Of a stretch of DNA of 64,000 bases, positions 28,787-40,079 are shown piece after piece. The stretch is from an uncultured delta proteobacterium (GTDB lineage Bacteria > Desulfobacterota > Zymogenia > Zymogenales > Zymogenaceae). The translations under genes were made by a program, and so were the position numbers. Location of the stretch: the NCBI GenBank assembly GCA_963792965.1, contig CAWBYW010000004.1, positions 225,080 through 289,079 on the forward strand, written 5' to 3'. Each line of letters begins with the position of its first letter. The first letter of the stretch is position 1. The notes under the pieces were generated by a model that worked only from the letters and a program-made list of their open reading frames with translations, made no database searches and had not been told where the DNA came from.

Positions 28787-30545
28787 ATGGAAGAGAGAAT
28801 CGGGTCCGTGATATGGATCAGCGGTCCGGTCATCAAGGCGCGGATAGATAAAGAACTGGGCATGATGGAGATGGTCCTGGTGGGCAGCGATAGGATCTCG
28901 GGGGAGGTGATCGAGCTGGACGGCGATGTCGCGACCGTCCAGGTCTATGAAGACACCAGCGGGCTCAAGCCGGGGGCCGAGCTCCTCGGCACCGGGTTTC
29001 CCGCTGTCCGTCGAGCTCGGGCCGGGGCTCATCAGCAACATCTACGACGGCGTCCAGCGCCCGCTCGAGACGATCCTCAAGGATACCGGCGACTTCATCC
29101 AGCGCGGTGTGCAGGCAAACGCCCTCTCGAGGGACCTTAAGTGGAAATTTACGCCCCAGGTCTCTGTCGGCCAGGCAATTTCGGGAGGCGCGGTCCTTGG
29201 CACCGTGCCGGAGAGCTTCATGATCACGCACAAGATCCTCCTTCATCCGCATCTCTCGGGGAAAGTTAAATATATCGCCCCGGAGGGCGAATATACCCTC
29301 GAGGACGTGATCTGCGAGCTGCAGACCGCGAAAGGGACCGAAAAGGTCAAGATGTATCACCGCTGGCCCGTTCGTCACGGGAGGCCGTATACCAAGAGGC
29401 TTGCCCCGTCGGTGCCGCTCGTCACCGGGCAGAGGATCATCGATACCTTCTTTCCCATCGCCAAGGGGGGAACGGCGGCGATCCCGGGCGGATTCGGCAC
29501 CGGAAAGACCGTGACTCAGCACAACCTCGCCAAGTGGTCCGACGCCGATATCATCGTCTACATCGGCTGCGGCGAGCGGGGCAACGAGATGACGGGCGTC
29601 CTCGTCGATTTCCCCAAGCTCCAGGACCCGCGGAGCGGCAAGCCGCTCATGGAGCGAACCATACTTATCGCCAATACCTCCAACATGCCCGTGGCGGCGC
29701 GGGAGGCCTCGATCTATACCGGCATCACACTTGCCGAATATTACCGGGACATGGGGTACGACGTGGCGATCATGGCCGATTCCACGTCCCGGTGGGCGGA
29801 GGCGCTGCGCGAGATCTCCGGGCGGCTGGAGGAGATGCCCGCCGAGGAGGGGTTCCCGGCCTACCTCGCCACGAGGCTTGCCGAGTTCTACGAGCGTTCG
29901 GGGCGCGTTGAGACGCTGGCGGGGCCCGTCGGCTCGGTGAGCGCCATCGGCGCCGTGTCGCCGCCGGGCGGCGACTTCTCCGAGCCGGTGACCCAGCACA
30001 CGAAGCGGTTTGTCCGCTGTTTCTGGGGGCTCGACAAGGAGCTGGCGTCGGCGCGGTTTTTCCCGGCCATCAACTATATGGACAGCTACAGCGAGTATCT
30101 CGACGAAGTGGAGACCTGGTGGCGCGAAAACGGCGACCGCGACTGGAAGGTGCTTCGCGCTGAGGCGATGGACATCCTGCGGCTGGACAATAAACTGCAG
30201 CAGATCGTCAGGCTCGTCGGCGAGGACGCCCTGCCCGACGAACAGAAGCTGGTCGTGGACGGCGCCAAGCTCATCAAGAACGCGTTCCTTCAGCAGAGCG
30301 CCTTTGACGGCGTGGACATGTATTGCATGCCGAAAAAGCAGATCAAGATGCTGATCGTCATCATGCAATTCTACCACCGTGCGTCGATCGTCATCAACCA
30401 GGGGGTTCCCATCTATAAGCTCAGGGAACTGCCGGTGCTCAACGAACTGAACAGGATGAAGAATAAGATCGAGAACACAAAGATCGAGGAATTTGACATA
30501 CTAGTGAAACGGATTGACGAAGAGCTTAACGGCCTGGTGGCCTAA
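28787..30545 (+). CDS. V/A-type ATPase catalytic subunit A (+1 frameshift near 29000)
   Basis: ISGPVI...QVYEDTSGL joins [10 protein letters not shown]; GGFGTGKT P-loop, [22 protein letters not shown]. Confidence 0.95.
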
Positions 30546-30561
30546 ATAAGGAGCTGACGAT

Positions 30562-31952
30562 ATGGCGGTCTTAAAAGATTATGAAGGCCTTCAAAAGATA
30601 AAAGGTCCGCTGATCTTCATCGAAGGGAGTAAAGGATGTCGGCTACGAGGAGATGGTGGAGATCACCGCCCCGAACGGCACCAAGCTGCACGGCCGGGTC
30701 CTCGAGCTTGGGAGCGACGTGGCGGTTGTGGAGGTCTTCGAGGGCACGGGAGGGCTCTCCATCACGAGCACGAAGGTCCGTTTTCTGGGTGAGCCGCTCA
30801 GGCTTCCCGTCACGATAGACATGATGGGGCGCGTCTTCAACGGACTGGGGCTCCCCATCGACGGCGGCGCGGACCCGATCACCAGCATCCACCGCGATAT
30901 CAACGGCGCCCCGATCAACCCGATCATACGGGAGTACCCGAAGGACTTCATCCAGACCGGCATCTCGTCCATTGATATGATGAACACCCTCGTCCGCGGC
31001 CAGAAGCTGCCGATCTTCTCCGGCTCGGGCCTTCCCCACAACCAGCTGGCCGCCCAGATCGTGCGGCAGGCGAAGATCATCGGCGAGGAGGAAGCATTTG
31101 CCGTCGTTTTCGCAGCGGTCGGCGTCAAGCACGACGTGGCGGAGGTCTTCCGAAAAAGCTTCGAGGAGAGCGGTGCGCTGAAAAACGTCGTCATGTTCCT
31201 CAACCTCGCCGACGACCCGTCCATCGAGCGGCTCGTCACGCCGCGCTGCGCCCTGACGATGGCCGAGTACCTTGCCTTCGACAAGGATATGCACGTGCTG
31301 GTCGTCATCACCGACATGACCAACTACTGCGAGAGCCTGCGCGAGATCTCCACCTCCAAGGGCGAGGTCCCGAGCCGTAAGGGATACCCGGGTTACCTCT
31401 ACTCGGACCTTTCCTCGATATTCGAGCGCGCGGGGAAGATCAAGGGAAGAAAGGGCTCGATCACCCAGCTCCCGATCCTCACGATGCCCAACGACGATAT
31501 CACGCACCCCATCCCCGACCTGACCGGCTACATCACCGAAGGCCAGATCGTGCTCTCGCGCGACCTGGACAAGAAGGGGATCTACCCGCCGATCAACGTG
31601 CTCCCGTCGCTGTCCCGCCTCATGAACGACGGCATCGGCGCAGGCAAGACCCGCGAGGATCACCTGAACCTCTCCAGCCAATTGTACGCGGGCTACGCCA
31701 CGACGAAGGGGGTCGAGATGCTCGCGTCGGTCATCGGGGAGGAGGAGCTGTCGGCGATCGATAAGAAATACCTCGAATTCGGGGATCAAGTTCGAGAAGC
31801 GGTTCGTCAGCCAGGGGATCGACGAAGACCGCACGATCTCTTCGAGCCTCGACCTTGGGTGGGAGCTTGTCTCGATCCTTCCGCGGGGAGAGCTCGTCAG
31901 GCTAAAAGAGGAGCAGATAGATAAGTATCTCCCCAAGGCACTCGGTGAGTAG
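30562..31952 (+). CDS. V/A-type ATPase subunit B (+1 frameshifts near 30628 and 31788)
   Basis: [55 protein letters not shown]; C-terminus DLGWEL...KYLP in the third frame, ending TAG 31952. Confidence 0.95.
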
Positions 31953-31955
31953 ATA

Positions 31956-32600
31956 ATGCCCAACAAACTCAACGTTCCGCCGACCAAGAGCAATCTGATA
32001 AAAATCAAGGGCGATCTTGCCTTTGCCCAAGAGGGATTTCAGCTCCTCGATCAGAAGCGTGAGATCCTCGTCATGGAGGTCATGCACATGATCGAAGACG
32101 TCCGGCGGGCGCGCAAGAACGCCGAAGACGTCCTGACCAAGGCGTTTGAGGCGCTGACGAAGGCGAACATGCGTATGGGAATCAGGAAGGTAAGGGCAGT
32201 GTCGCTCGCCATCGTTCCCGACATCACCATCAAGATCACGGACCGGAGCATCATGGGGGTGGTAATTCCGATCATAGACATCACCGCCCGGGAGCCGAAG
32301 CCCGCCTATTCCTCCGGCGGGACAAACGCCGTGCTGGATGAGGCGACCACGATGTTTCGCGGCGCTCTCAAGAGGATCGCGGAGCTCGCGGAGGTGGAGG
32401 TCGCGGTATGGCGCCTTGCGATGGAGCTCAAGAAGACCCAGAGGCGGGTCAACGCCCTGGAGAACATCTTCATCCCTCAGTATCACGAGACGGTGAAGTT
32501 TCTCGAGGACAGCCTCGCGGAAAAAGAACGGGAAGCCTTCTTCCAGATGAAGAGGGTCAAGGCAAAACTCCAGAAGGCTCAGTCGGAGTCCGGGAGGTAG
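31956..32600 (+). CDS. V/A-type ATPase subunit D
   Basis: PTKSNL, G..LL.QKR..L, KKTQRRVNALE..IP, E.ERE.FF..K. Confidence 0.95.
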   Translation: MPNKLNVPPTKSNLIKIKGDLAFAQEGFQLLDQKREILVMEVMHMIEDVRRARKNAEDVLTKAFEALTKANMRMGIRKVRAVSLAIVPDITIKITDRSIMGVVIPIIDITAREPKPAYSSGGTNAVLDEATTMFRGALKRIAELAEVEVAVWRLAMELKKTQRRVNALENIFIPQYHETVKFLEDSLAEKEREAFFQMKRVKAKLQKAQSESGR

Positions 32601-32604
32601 CGCC

Positions 32605-33033
32605 ATGTTTAAGAGAATCCTGGTTCCCATTAAGGCCAAGGAGAAGTCGGAGGGAGCGGTTCATCTCTCCTACGATCTGGCCCAGCTTCATAAGTCGGAA
32701 ATCATCCTCTTCAACGTCATTTCACCGAAGGAAGAAGCCGGGGCGGTAACGAACGTCGGGCGCGAGGAGCGGCGCAAGATCATGGAGGAGGACAGCTACA
32801 AGATGCTCTATTCCATCAAGCGGACCGCCCCCGACGAACGCATGAAGGTCTTCATCGATATCGTGGACGGCGACCCCGCCACAAAGATCAGCGAGACGGC
32901 CCAGAAGAACGAGGTGGATCTCATCGTGTTGTCCAAGTCGGGCAAGATCGGCCCGCGGAGGGTGCTGGTGGGCGACGTCGCCCTCAAGGTCGCCGAGATC
33001 ACCTCCATCCCGATCATGCTGATAACGGAATAG
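32605..33033 (+). CDS. Universal stress protein (UspA family)
   Basis: MFKRILVP, GDPA..I, DLIVL, LVGDVA.KV....IPIMLI. Confidence 0.9.
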   Translation: MFKRILVPIKAKEKSEGAVHLSYDLAQLHKSEIILFNVISPKEEAGAVTNVGREERRKIMEEDSYKMLYSIKRTAPDERMKVFIDIVDGDPATKISETAQKNEVDLIVLSKSGKIGPRRVLVGDVALKVAEITSIPIMLITE

Positions 33034-33083
33034 AAGCCCTTCTCAATTATATTCCATCGCTCTCAATGGATTTTCCATGCGAC

Positions 33084-33134
33084 GGCCGCTTTTCCCGGCC
33101 GGTCCCCGGCGGGATCGAGGGAAGGCGGCCTTTT
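33084..33134 (+). terminator. Probable terminator of the ATPase-usp operon
   Basis: GGCCGCTTTTCCC ... GGGAAGGCGGCC followed by TTTT. Confidence 0.55.
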
Positions 33135-33150
33135 CTATGCAAAGAAATTC

Positions 33151-33179
33151 TTGATTATTTTCCGGCGCCGGAGTAGAAT
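33151..33179 (+). promoter_or_regulatory. sigma70-type promoter for the TPR gene
   Basis: TTGATT, 17-nt spacer, TAGAAT. Confidence 0.5.
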
Positions 33180-33197
33180 AAAAAAGTTTTATGCAAG

Positions 33198-33839
33198 GTG
33201 ATACTGAAGCATGGTGAGCCGATGAGCCTGTGGGCGGGAAAATATCGATGGGTGGTCGCGGCGCTTTTCTGCCTGATGGTTGCGGTGTCGGCCTTTGCGG
33301 CCGAGAAGACCAAGAGCGTCTGGGTCAAGGCCGACGAGCTGATGGAGCAAAATAACTATGTCGAGGCCGTCAAGCTCTATTCGATCGCCATCGAGCTCAA
33401 CGCGGACGATCCCGATATCTACAACGCCTATTTCCACCGCGCTGAAGCGATGTTAGCCTTGGGGAAGGTCAAAGAGGCCCTCGCGGACTATACCGAGACG
33501 ATCAAGCGCAAGCCCGACTTCAAAGAGGCCTACAAGAGGCGGGGGATCGTCTATTACAATATCGACCGCTATGGTGAGGCCGCCGCCGATTTTTCCCGGC
33601 TCATCGATCTCGATCCGAAAGACGCGTCCGCCTACGCGAACCGGGGGAGTGCCCTGTCATCTCTGGGCCGATACGACAAGGCGCTAACGGATTTCACGAC
33701 GTCGATCCGGATTGACCCCGCGTGCGCGGAATGCTATTATAACCGCTATCAATTGTTAACCATTATGGGGAGGGACTCGGAGGCAAGCGCCGACCTGGCG
33801 AAGGCCCAGTCGCTGGATCCCCAGTACAGAAAGAAATGA
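33198..33839 (+). CDS. Exported TPR-repeat protein
   Basis: Signal peptide (AVSAFA) and about five TPRs (AY.NRG...LG.Y..A..DF...I..DP). The start may be at 33222. Confidence 0.88.
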   Translation: MILKHGEPMSLWAGKYRWVVAALFCLMVAVSAFAAEKTKSVWVKADELMEQNNYVEAVKLYSIAIELNADDPDIYNAYFHRAEAMLALGKVKEALADYTETIKRKPDFKEAYKRRGIVYYNIDRYGEAAADFSRLIDLDPKDASAYANRGSALSSLGRYDKALTDFTTSIRIDPACAECYYNRYQLLTIMGRDSEASADLAKAQSLDPQYRKK

Positions 33840-33845
33840 GGTAAG

Positions 33846-34361
33846 ATGACGATGGAAGAACAAAGGACGATATCAACCGAGGAACCGATCGTACCGACAA
33901 AGCGGAAGAGCTCGGCGATTAAATATTGCTGCGGCGCCTGCGGCATCCTGTTCGTTCTGATCGTGGGCGGGATCCTGCTGATGTTTCTGTTTGTCGAAAA
34001 ATCATGCCAGACTAACTTCAATATCCCGAATATTTTCAGCCCGTCCCCGTCGGCGCCCGTGCCTCCGGGCGGCATATTCCCCGAGGACTTTTCCAACCTC
34101 CCCACCTATACCATTCTCGAGCGATACCGGGACAAGATGAGCATCGGGGTGAACGCCGACGTCAAGGAGGATGACCTGAAAAAGCTCAACCGGTATCTGG
34201 TCAAGACCTACTTCACCGGCCTGAAGGTATTCAATATCGCCTATTTCAACACGAAAAGCACGTCGGAGCTGATCGCCGTCTACAACTTCAACAGCTTCAC
34301 CGGGACGGACAACTTCACGATGCTCGAAGCCGAGCCGGGGGCACGGTTCCCGGCAAAATAG
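33846..34361 (+). CDS. Hypothetical single-pass membrane protein
   Basis: Cys-rich segment (KYCCGACG) before one TM helix, a Pro-rich linker and a small domain; host-like codon usage. Confidence 0.7.
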   Translation: MTMEEQRTISTEEPIVPTKRKSSAIKYCCGACGILFVLIVGGILLMFLFVEKSCQTNFNIPNIFSPSPSAPVPPGGIFPEDFSNLPTYTILERYRDKMSIGVNADVKEDDLKKLNRYLVKTYFTGLKVFNIAYFNTKSTSELIAVYNFNSFTGTDNFTMLEAEPGARFPAK

Positions 34362-34454
34362 CAGGGAGTCCGACGATACTATTCAAGGGAGAATGGTAGA
34401 ACCAGTCGATTTACGTTATCATATCGACATTGAAATGGTCATAAAAAGAGGGAT

Positions 34455-37400
34455 ATGGCCGCTCCCGACAAAATAAAGGAGCTCGTCGAGACCTTTGACC
34501 GGAACGTCACGGCCTTACGATCCAAGGATTATAAGGAAGCCCAGCTTCGGAACGAATTCATCGATCCTTTCTTCATCTGCCTCGGCTGGGACGTCCACAA
34601 TGAGCACGGGTATGCTCCTCAGTACCGGGATGTTATACACGAGGACACGGTAAAGGTCGGCGAGTACACCAAGGCCCCCGACTACGCCTTCTGCGTCGGG
34701 GGCGCCCGTAAGTTCTTTCTTGAAGTCAAGAAACCGTCCGTCGACATAACTGAAGGTATCTCTCCCGCCTTTCAGCTCAGGCGCTATGCCTGGTCGGCCA
34801 AGCTGCCGCTCTCTCTCCTCTCCGATTTCGGGGAGCTTGCCGTCTACGATTGCCGCGTGAGGCCGGTAAAAACCGACAAAGCTTCGACCGCGCGGGTCCT
34901 TCTGTATACCGCTTCAGGATTACGAGGCCAAGTGGGATGAGATTTCGTCCATCTTCTCCCACGAGGCGGTGCTCAGGGGCTCTTTCGATACGTACGCGGA
35001 AAAGGCGAGGGCGAAGAAGGGCACCACCGAGGTCGACGCCGCCTTCCTGAAGGAGATCGAGACGTGGCGGGACCTCCTCGCGCGCAATATCGCGATCAGA
35101 AACCCGAATCTCTGCCCAGCGCGACCTCAACTTATGCAATTCAGGCGACGATCGACCGCATCATATTTCTGCGGGTCTGTGAGGATCGGGGGATAGAGCA
35201 GTACGGAAGACTGCAGGCCCTCGAAGAATGGGACGGAGATATATCGCCGTCTCATGCAGCTCTTCTATCAGGCCGACGACCGCTATAACTCGGGCCTTTT
35301 TCACTTTCCGTCCGAAAAGGAAAGGTCGAGGCGCTCCCGACGACCTGACGCCGAGCCTCGTCATCGACGACGGTGCGCTGAAAGAAATCATCAAGAACCT
35401 CTACTACCCGGAAAGCCCCTACGTCTTTTCCGAGATACCGGCCGACATCTTAGGCCAGGTCTACGAGCAGTTTCTGGGCAAGGTCATCCGCCTCACGGCC
35501 GGCCATCAGGCCAAGGTCGAGGACAAGCCCGAGGTAAAGAAGGCGGGCGGGGTCTACTACACGCCCACCTACATCGTGGACTACATCGTCGAGCACACCG
35601 TCGGGAAGCTGCTTGGAGGGCAAAGACGCCCAAGCAGGTAGTCGAAGCTTAGAATCCTCGACCCCGCGTGCGGCTCCGGGTCGTTCCTCATCGGGGCCTA
35701 CCGGTGGCTCCTCGATTGGCACCGAAGACTGGTATGAGGAGGACGGCGTCGAAAAGCACGCGAGGATGTCCTCTACCAGGGGGCGGGCGGCGACTGGCGG
35801 CTGATGACGACGACGGAGAAGAAGCGAATATTGCTCAACAACATCTTCGGTGTGGACATCGACCCGCAGGCGGTGGAGGTGACCAAACTCTCGCTTTTGC
35901 TGAAAGTCCTGGAAAACGAGAGCGAACAGACGATCACCAAGCAGCTGAGGATGTTCCAGGGAGCGGGCGCTGCCCGACCTCGGCGGCAACATCAAGTGCG
36001 GCAACTCGCTGATCGGCCCGGATTTCTATCGGAATCAACAGATGAGCCTGCTGGACGATGAGGAGCGCTACCGGGTCAACGTCTTCGATTGGGAAAAGGA
36101 ATTTTCCGAGATTATGAAGGCGGGAGGGTTCGACGCCGTGATCGGTAATCCACCGTATCTAAGAGTTCAAGGTCTTCAAGAACACCTTGGTGAACAAATC
36201 GAATATTTTATAAAGAGATACAAGAGTGCTGTCAAACGGTTTGACTTGTATCTACTATTTATTGAAAGAGGCTTCGAGCTACTAAGTAGAAATGGATTAT
36301 TAAGTTATATTTGTCCTCACAAATTTCTTAATTCTGACTTTGGCTCTGGTTTGAGAAACTATTTTATTGAAAAGCTCGCAGTCAAATTATATTTAAGTTT
36401 CGGAAATAACCTCATATTTAGCAATGCATCGACTTATACCGGTATAATCCTACTTCAGAAAGAGAAAGATAGTAATTTCTCATATTATGAATTTGCATCG
36501 ACGACTATTGAAAGCCTTAAAGAGAAACTGAAATCCTTAGAAGAAAAGCAATTTGAAAGGTATAATCTTAGAGAGTTTTCGTCCGATCCATGGATACTCA
36601 CTTTAAGTTCTGGTAGGAACGTCATAAATAGGATTCAGAAGCAAGAAAATAGGCTTGGAGAGGTTTTTGATAGTATTTTTCAAGGCGTTGTAACCGGAAT
36701 AGATGAGATATATTTCCTTGGTCGCCTTTCAGACGAACAAGGTAGCTCTAATATAGTAGAGGCTTTTTCTAATAGAGAAAGGTGTAACGTTAAAATTGAG
36801 AGAAGTATTCTTAGAGCAATGTTGAAAGGGGATGACGTATCACGCTACAATAAACCAGAATATAGGAATTACTGCATATATCCCTACAAATTGATTGGCA
36901 ATGAAACGATAATTCTGGAGGAAGATGAGTTTAGGAAAGAATACCCTTTGGCTTACCAATACCTAAGAAAATACGAAAGTGAAATTACGGAACTACGTAT
37001 AAAATTCAAAACCAATCCTTATTATTGGTATTCATGTCATAGAGGACGTTCCATAAAACAATTCGAGAATCAAAGGATAATTACACCTGAAATTAGCCTT
37101 GGATGTAATATGACCCTTGATAAGGAGTGTCTATATCATAATACCCAGGTTTACAGTTTATTACCTAAAAAGGACAGTAAGGAGAATGTCAAGTATTGGC
37201 TAGGGCTATTAAATTCTAAACTTCTGTGGTTCTATATTTCAAATACAGGAAATGTACTTAGAGGTGGTTACTTTCGTTTTAAAACGAATTATCTTTCAAA
37301 TTTCCCTATTCGTGTAGTTGACTTCCAGTATCCAAACGATATAAAACTTCATAACAAAATGACGGATTTAGTAGATCAAATGCTAGGATTTCATTCTGCG

Positions 37401-37550
37401 CTAAAAGAAACAAAGACGCCCCATGATAAAGAAGCGATCCAGCGCCAGATCGACGCCGCCGACCGTCAGATCGATAACCTCGTTTACGAGCTTTATGGCC
37501 TTACTGACGAGGAAATAGAGATCGTTGAGGGCTCTCAGAAGTTAAAATAG
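34455..37550 (+). CDS. Type IIG (Eco57I/TaqI-C-like) fused restriction-modification enzyme; several frameshifts between about 34910 and 35960
   Basis: N-terminal nuclease (EFIDPFF..LGWD, KAPDYAF, LEVKKP); N6-MTase motifs (ILGQVYEQFLG, GVYYTP, ILDPACGSGSFL, GVDID, GNPPY); TRD; C-terminal IDNLVYELYGLT.EEI..VE. Confidence 0.88.
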
Positions 37551-37721
37551 GTGGTAATGGTACGAAGACCTTAATCTTAATCGGCGGGGGAGAGGCACAT
37601 AGCACCAGAGAATCAGCGAAGCTAGGGTGCTTTTTCTTAGTATTGTAGTCATCAAATATAGATTTTGTCCTTCACGTAATCTCGTCCCTTTGAATGCAAT
37701 AGTATATTTCAATGGTTAACA

Positions 37722-38912
37722 ATGATAGATTTGCTACGCGGCTGCTTAATAAAGAAAGATAGTATAAACGAATGGGATAGCTATCCCAAAAATATTGATA
37801 AATTTCCCTACGTAAAGAAGTATTTAGAACCTTTGCTAAGAAAATGGATAAAAAGCACCAGCAACCCGTTAGCAATAGAGTGGGTTGTTTTGTTACTGAC
37901 GGGAGGTATGGAACGGTCCGAGGAAGCATTTAAAGGGTTAGAAGATAATCTCGGAGAGGATAACCTTAGGAAAGTACTTAATGAGCTCGAAAATTCCAAA
38001 AAATCCATAAAATCTAAAAAAGAGGACGCGGATCAAATTAGCATAAAAATAGCCTCCCTTTGGGGCGAGATATTAGTATACAGCTCCCTAAAGGAGAGAT
38101 ATGGCTTTGTTGAAAAGATGGAGAAGACTGGTGATTGGCTTTGTAATGGTTCCATTATAATTTCAGTAAAGACAAAACTTGACTTGGACCTAAACTATGA
38201 ATTAATAGAAAATAGTATTAGGAGCTTGTTTTACTTGAAAGAAAACGACGCCATAGGAAGAAGATATAGTATAGTAAGCCTAATGAGACCCGTTAATATC
38301 GACCATGCCTTTAGGCAGAAAATAAACTGGTTTATAGAAAAACATCTCTCCGATTCTATAATTCGGAGTGATAAATTAATGTATTCCATAGACTCAATTC
38401 AAGAGGAACTACTAAAGCGCTATGATGATAAAGAGGGACGTTCAAGTATGCTAACTGTTAAATTGACAGGTGGGATATACAATGGTGTTAGACAAATAGT
38501 AGCTATAATCCGCGAAAAACGAACATACGACCAAAACGAACATTCTATGGAGATCTATTTCAAGCAAAGCAAGAATGACCTCCATAGAAGCTATTATATG
38601 TCGCAGAAGTTAACAGACTCTTGGTGGGGGGAACCCAAGATTGACGAAGAGCTACTTAGAAAATGGATTGAAGGGCCTAAAGAGAGAATTGATATAGACT
38701 ATAAGAAAGCAGTGGGTAAAAGACGGGAATTTGTAGGTTGGATCAATATAAACCTCCATCCGAGGTATCAAGACTACTTTACAAAAAGCGAGGTTGAAAT
38801 ACAAAAAGCTTTAGACGGGGTACTAAAAGGTATAGACTATAAAGTATTCGTTTCTTTCGCACTATCCCGGCCGTTTAAGGTAGGCGAGCTTAGAGTATTT
38901 GAGATAGGATAA
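37722..38912 (+). CDS. AT-rich hypothetical protein, possible PD-(D/E)xK-like nuclease
   Basis: Intact 396-aa ORF in AT-rich DNA; weak E...GD...SVK pattern. Function not recognised. Confidence 0.65.
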   Translation: MIDLLRGCLIKKDSINEWDSYPKNIDKFPYVKKYLEPLLRKWIKSTSNPLAIEWVVLLLTGGMERSEEAFKGLEDNLGEDNLRKVLNELENSKKSIKSKKEDADQISIKIASLWGEILVYSSLKERYGFVEKMEKTGDWLCNGSIIISVKTKLDLDLNYELIENSIRSLFYLKENDAIGRRYSIVSLMRPVNIDHAFRQKINWFIEKHLSDSIIRSDKLMYSIDSIQEELLKRYDDKEGRSSMLTVKLTGGIYNGVRQIVAIIREKRTYDQNEHSMEIYFKQSKNDLHRSYYMSQKLTDSWWGEPKIDEELLRKWIEGPKERIDIDYKKAVGKRREFVGWININLHPRYQDYFTKSEVEIQKALDGVLKGIDYKVFVSFALSRPFKVGELRVFEIG

Positions 38913-38926
38913 TTACGAGGAATAAC

Positions 38927-40041
38927 ATGCCAAAACAAATCCAGGTCATCGGGGCGGGGCTGTCGGGGATGGTGGCGGCCATCGTGCTGGCCAAAGAGGG
39001 ATACGCCGTCACGGTCGTCGAGGGCCAGAAGGCGATCGGGGGGTCCGCGTCGCTCCACCCCTCCGTCCACGGCACGCCCATCCAGATCAAGGAGCTCACC
39101 AAATACGTCGGCATCGACCTTTCGGCCGATTTCAAGAAAACGGCGCAGTACCCGAGATTTTTCCACAAGACGAAGCTCATCACGATGCCGCCCTACACGC
39201 AGTACAACACCGCCTACTGCATCGAGCGCGGGCCGCGGCCCACCTCCATCGACAACCACCTCTATAAGCTGGCCAAGGAGGCCGGGGTAAAGTTCGAGTT
39301 CGGAAACCGCGTCGATATACGAAAGCTCGCGCCGGGCACCATCGTCGCCACGGGGCTGGACACCAAGGAGTACGAGATCCTCGGGATCCCCTCCGAGACC
39401 CTCTACGGTTGGTGGTCCTTTAAAGAGGTCCCGGATAAGACCAGCGACGTCCTTTCGATCATGGGGCCGTTCACCACCGACTATGGCTACATCGGGATCA
39501 CCAACGGCCTGGACTATAACCTTCTGTTTTCCCACCGGCCCATCAGCCAGAAGGATATGGACGGCTACAGGAAGGTGCTGGACAAGCTCGGCTTCGTGGG
39601 CTACCAGGAGCCGTGGCGCGTGGAGTCCATGAAGATCCCGTCCGAGGCAAAGCTCTTTGCGAACGACCTGATACTGGCCGGCACCCTCGGGGGGATGATC
39701 GAGCCGTTCTGGGGCTACGGGATCGTCGGGGCGATCATTTCCGGGAAGGTCGCCGCCAAGGCCGTCATCAACCGGGAGGAAGGTGTGCGCGACTACGAAA
39801 GGTTCACGCGGGGCTTTGCCGCAAAATCGGCGCGGCATCGAAAGATCGTCGCCTACCCCGGGTACCTGCGGACCGTACTGATTCGGGGGGGATCGCGTGG
39901 GTGAGGCTGCGCTGCGTCTTTGACAAGAAGCTCGCGACCTCTCCCCGCGACCCGGTGAGGTGGTTTAGAGAGACAACGGTAGTCGGGCGGGGACGTGGAT
40001 GTCTCCCGAAAGCCGCGGATAAGAAAAAGGGACACGGTTAA
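38927..40041 (+). CDS. FAD/NAD(P)-dependent oxidoreductase (geranylgeranyl reductase-like); probable frameshift in the G-run near 39890
   Basis: VIGAGLSGMVAA..LA..G..V.VVE, RGP...SID..L, AGTLGG.IEPFWGYGI.GAI.SG..AA. Confidence 0.8.
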
Positions 40042-40054
40042 CCGTGTCCCTTTT
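40025..40054. terminator. Bidirectional terminator between convergent genes
   Basis: Perfect palindrome AAAAGGGACACGGTTAACCGTGTCCCTTTT. Confidence 0.85.
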
Positions 40055-40079
40055 CGTTTTAAACGGACCGATTCGGCGA

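Noticed and set aside
28990-31800. Programmed frameshifting or pseudogene status for ATPase A/B (likewise prmC and nadB)
   Set aside because: No shared slippery motif, a window-wide indel pattern and otherwise intact proteins; sequencing error is simpler.
25602-32639. Long antisense ORFs over the ATPase genes (25602-26825, 28965-30377, 30617-32008, 31902-32639)
   Set aside because: Shadow frames caused by high GC3 codon bias; the sense strand carries well-conserved proteins.
36150-38920. AT-rich block as a transposon or integrative element
   Set aside because: No transposase, integrase, terminal repeats or target duplication seen; the left boundary lies inside a gene, which fits homologous recombination.
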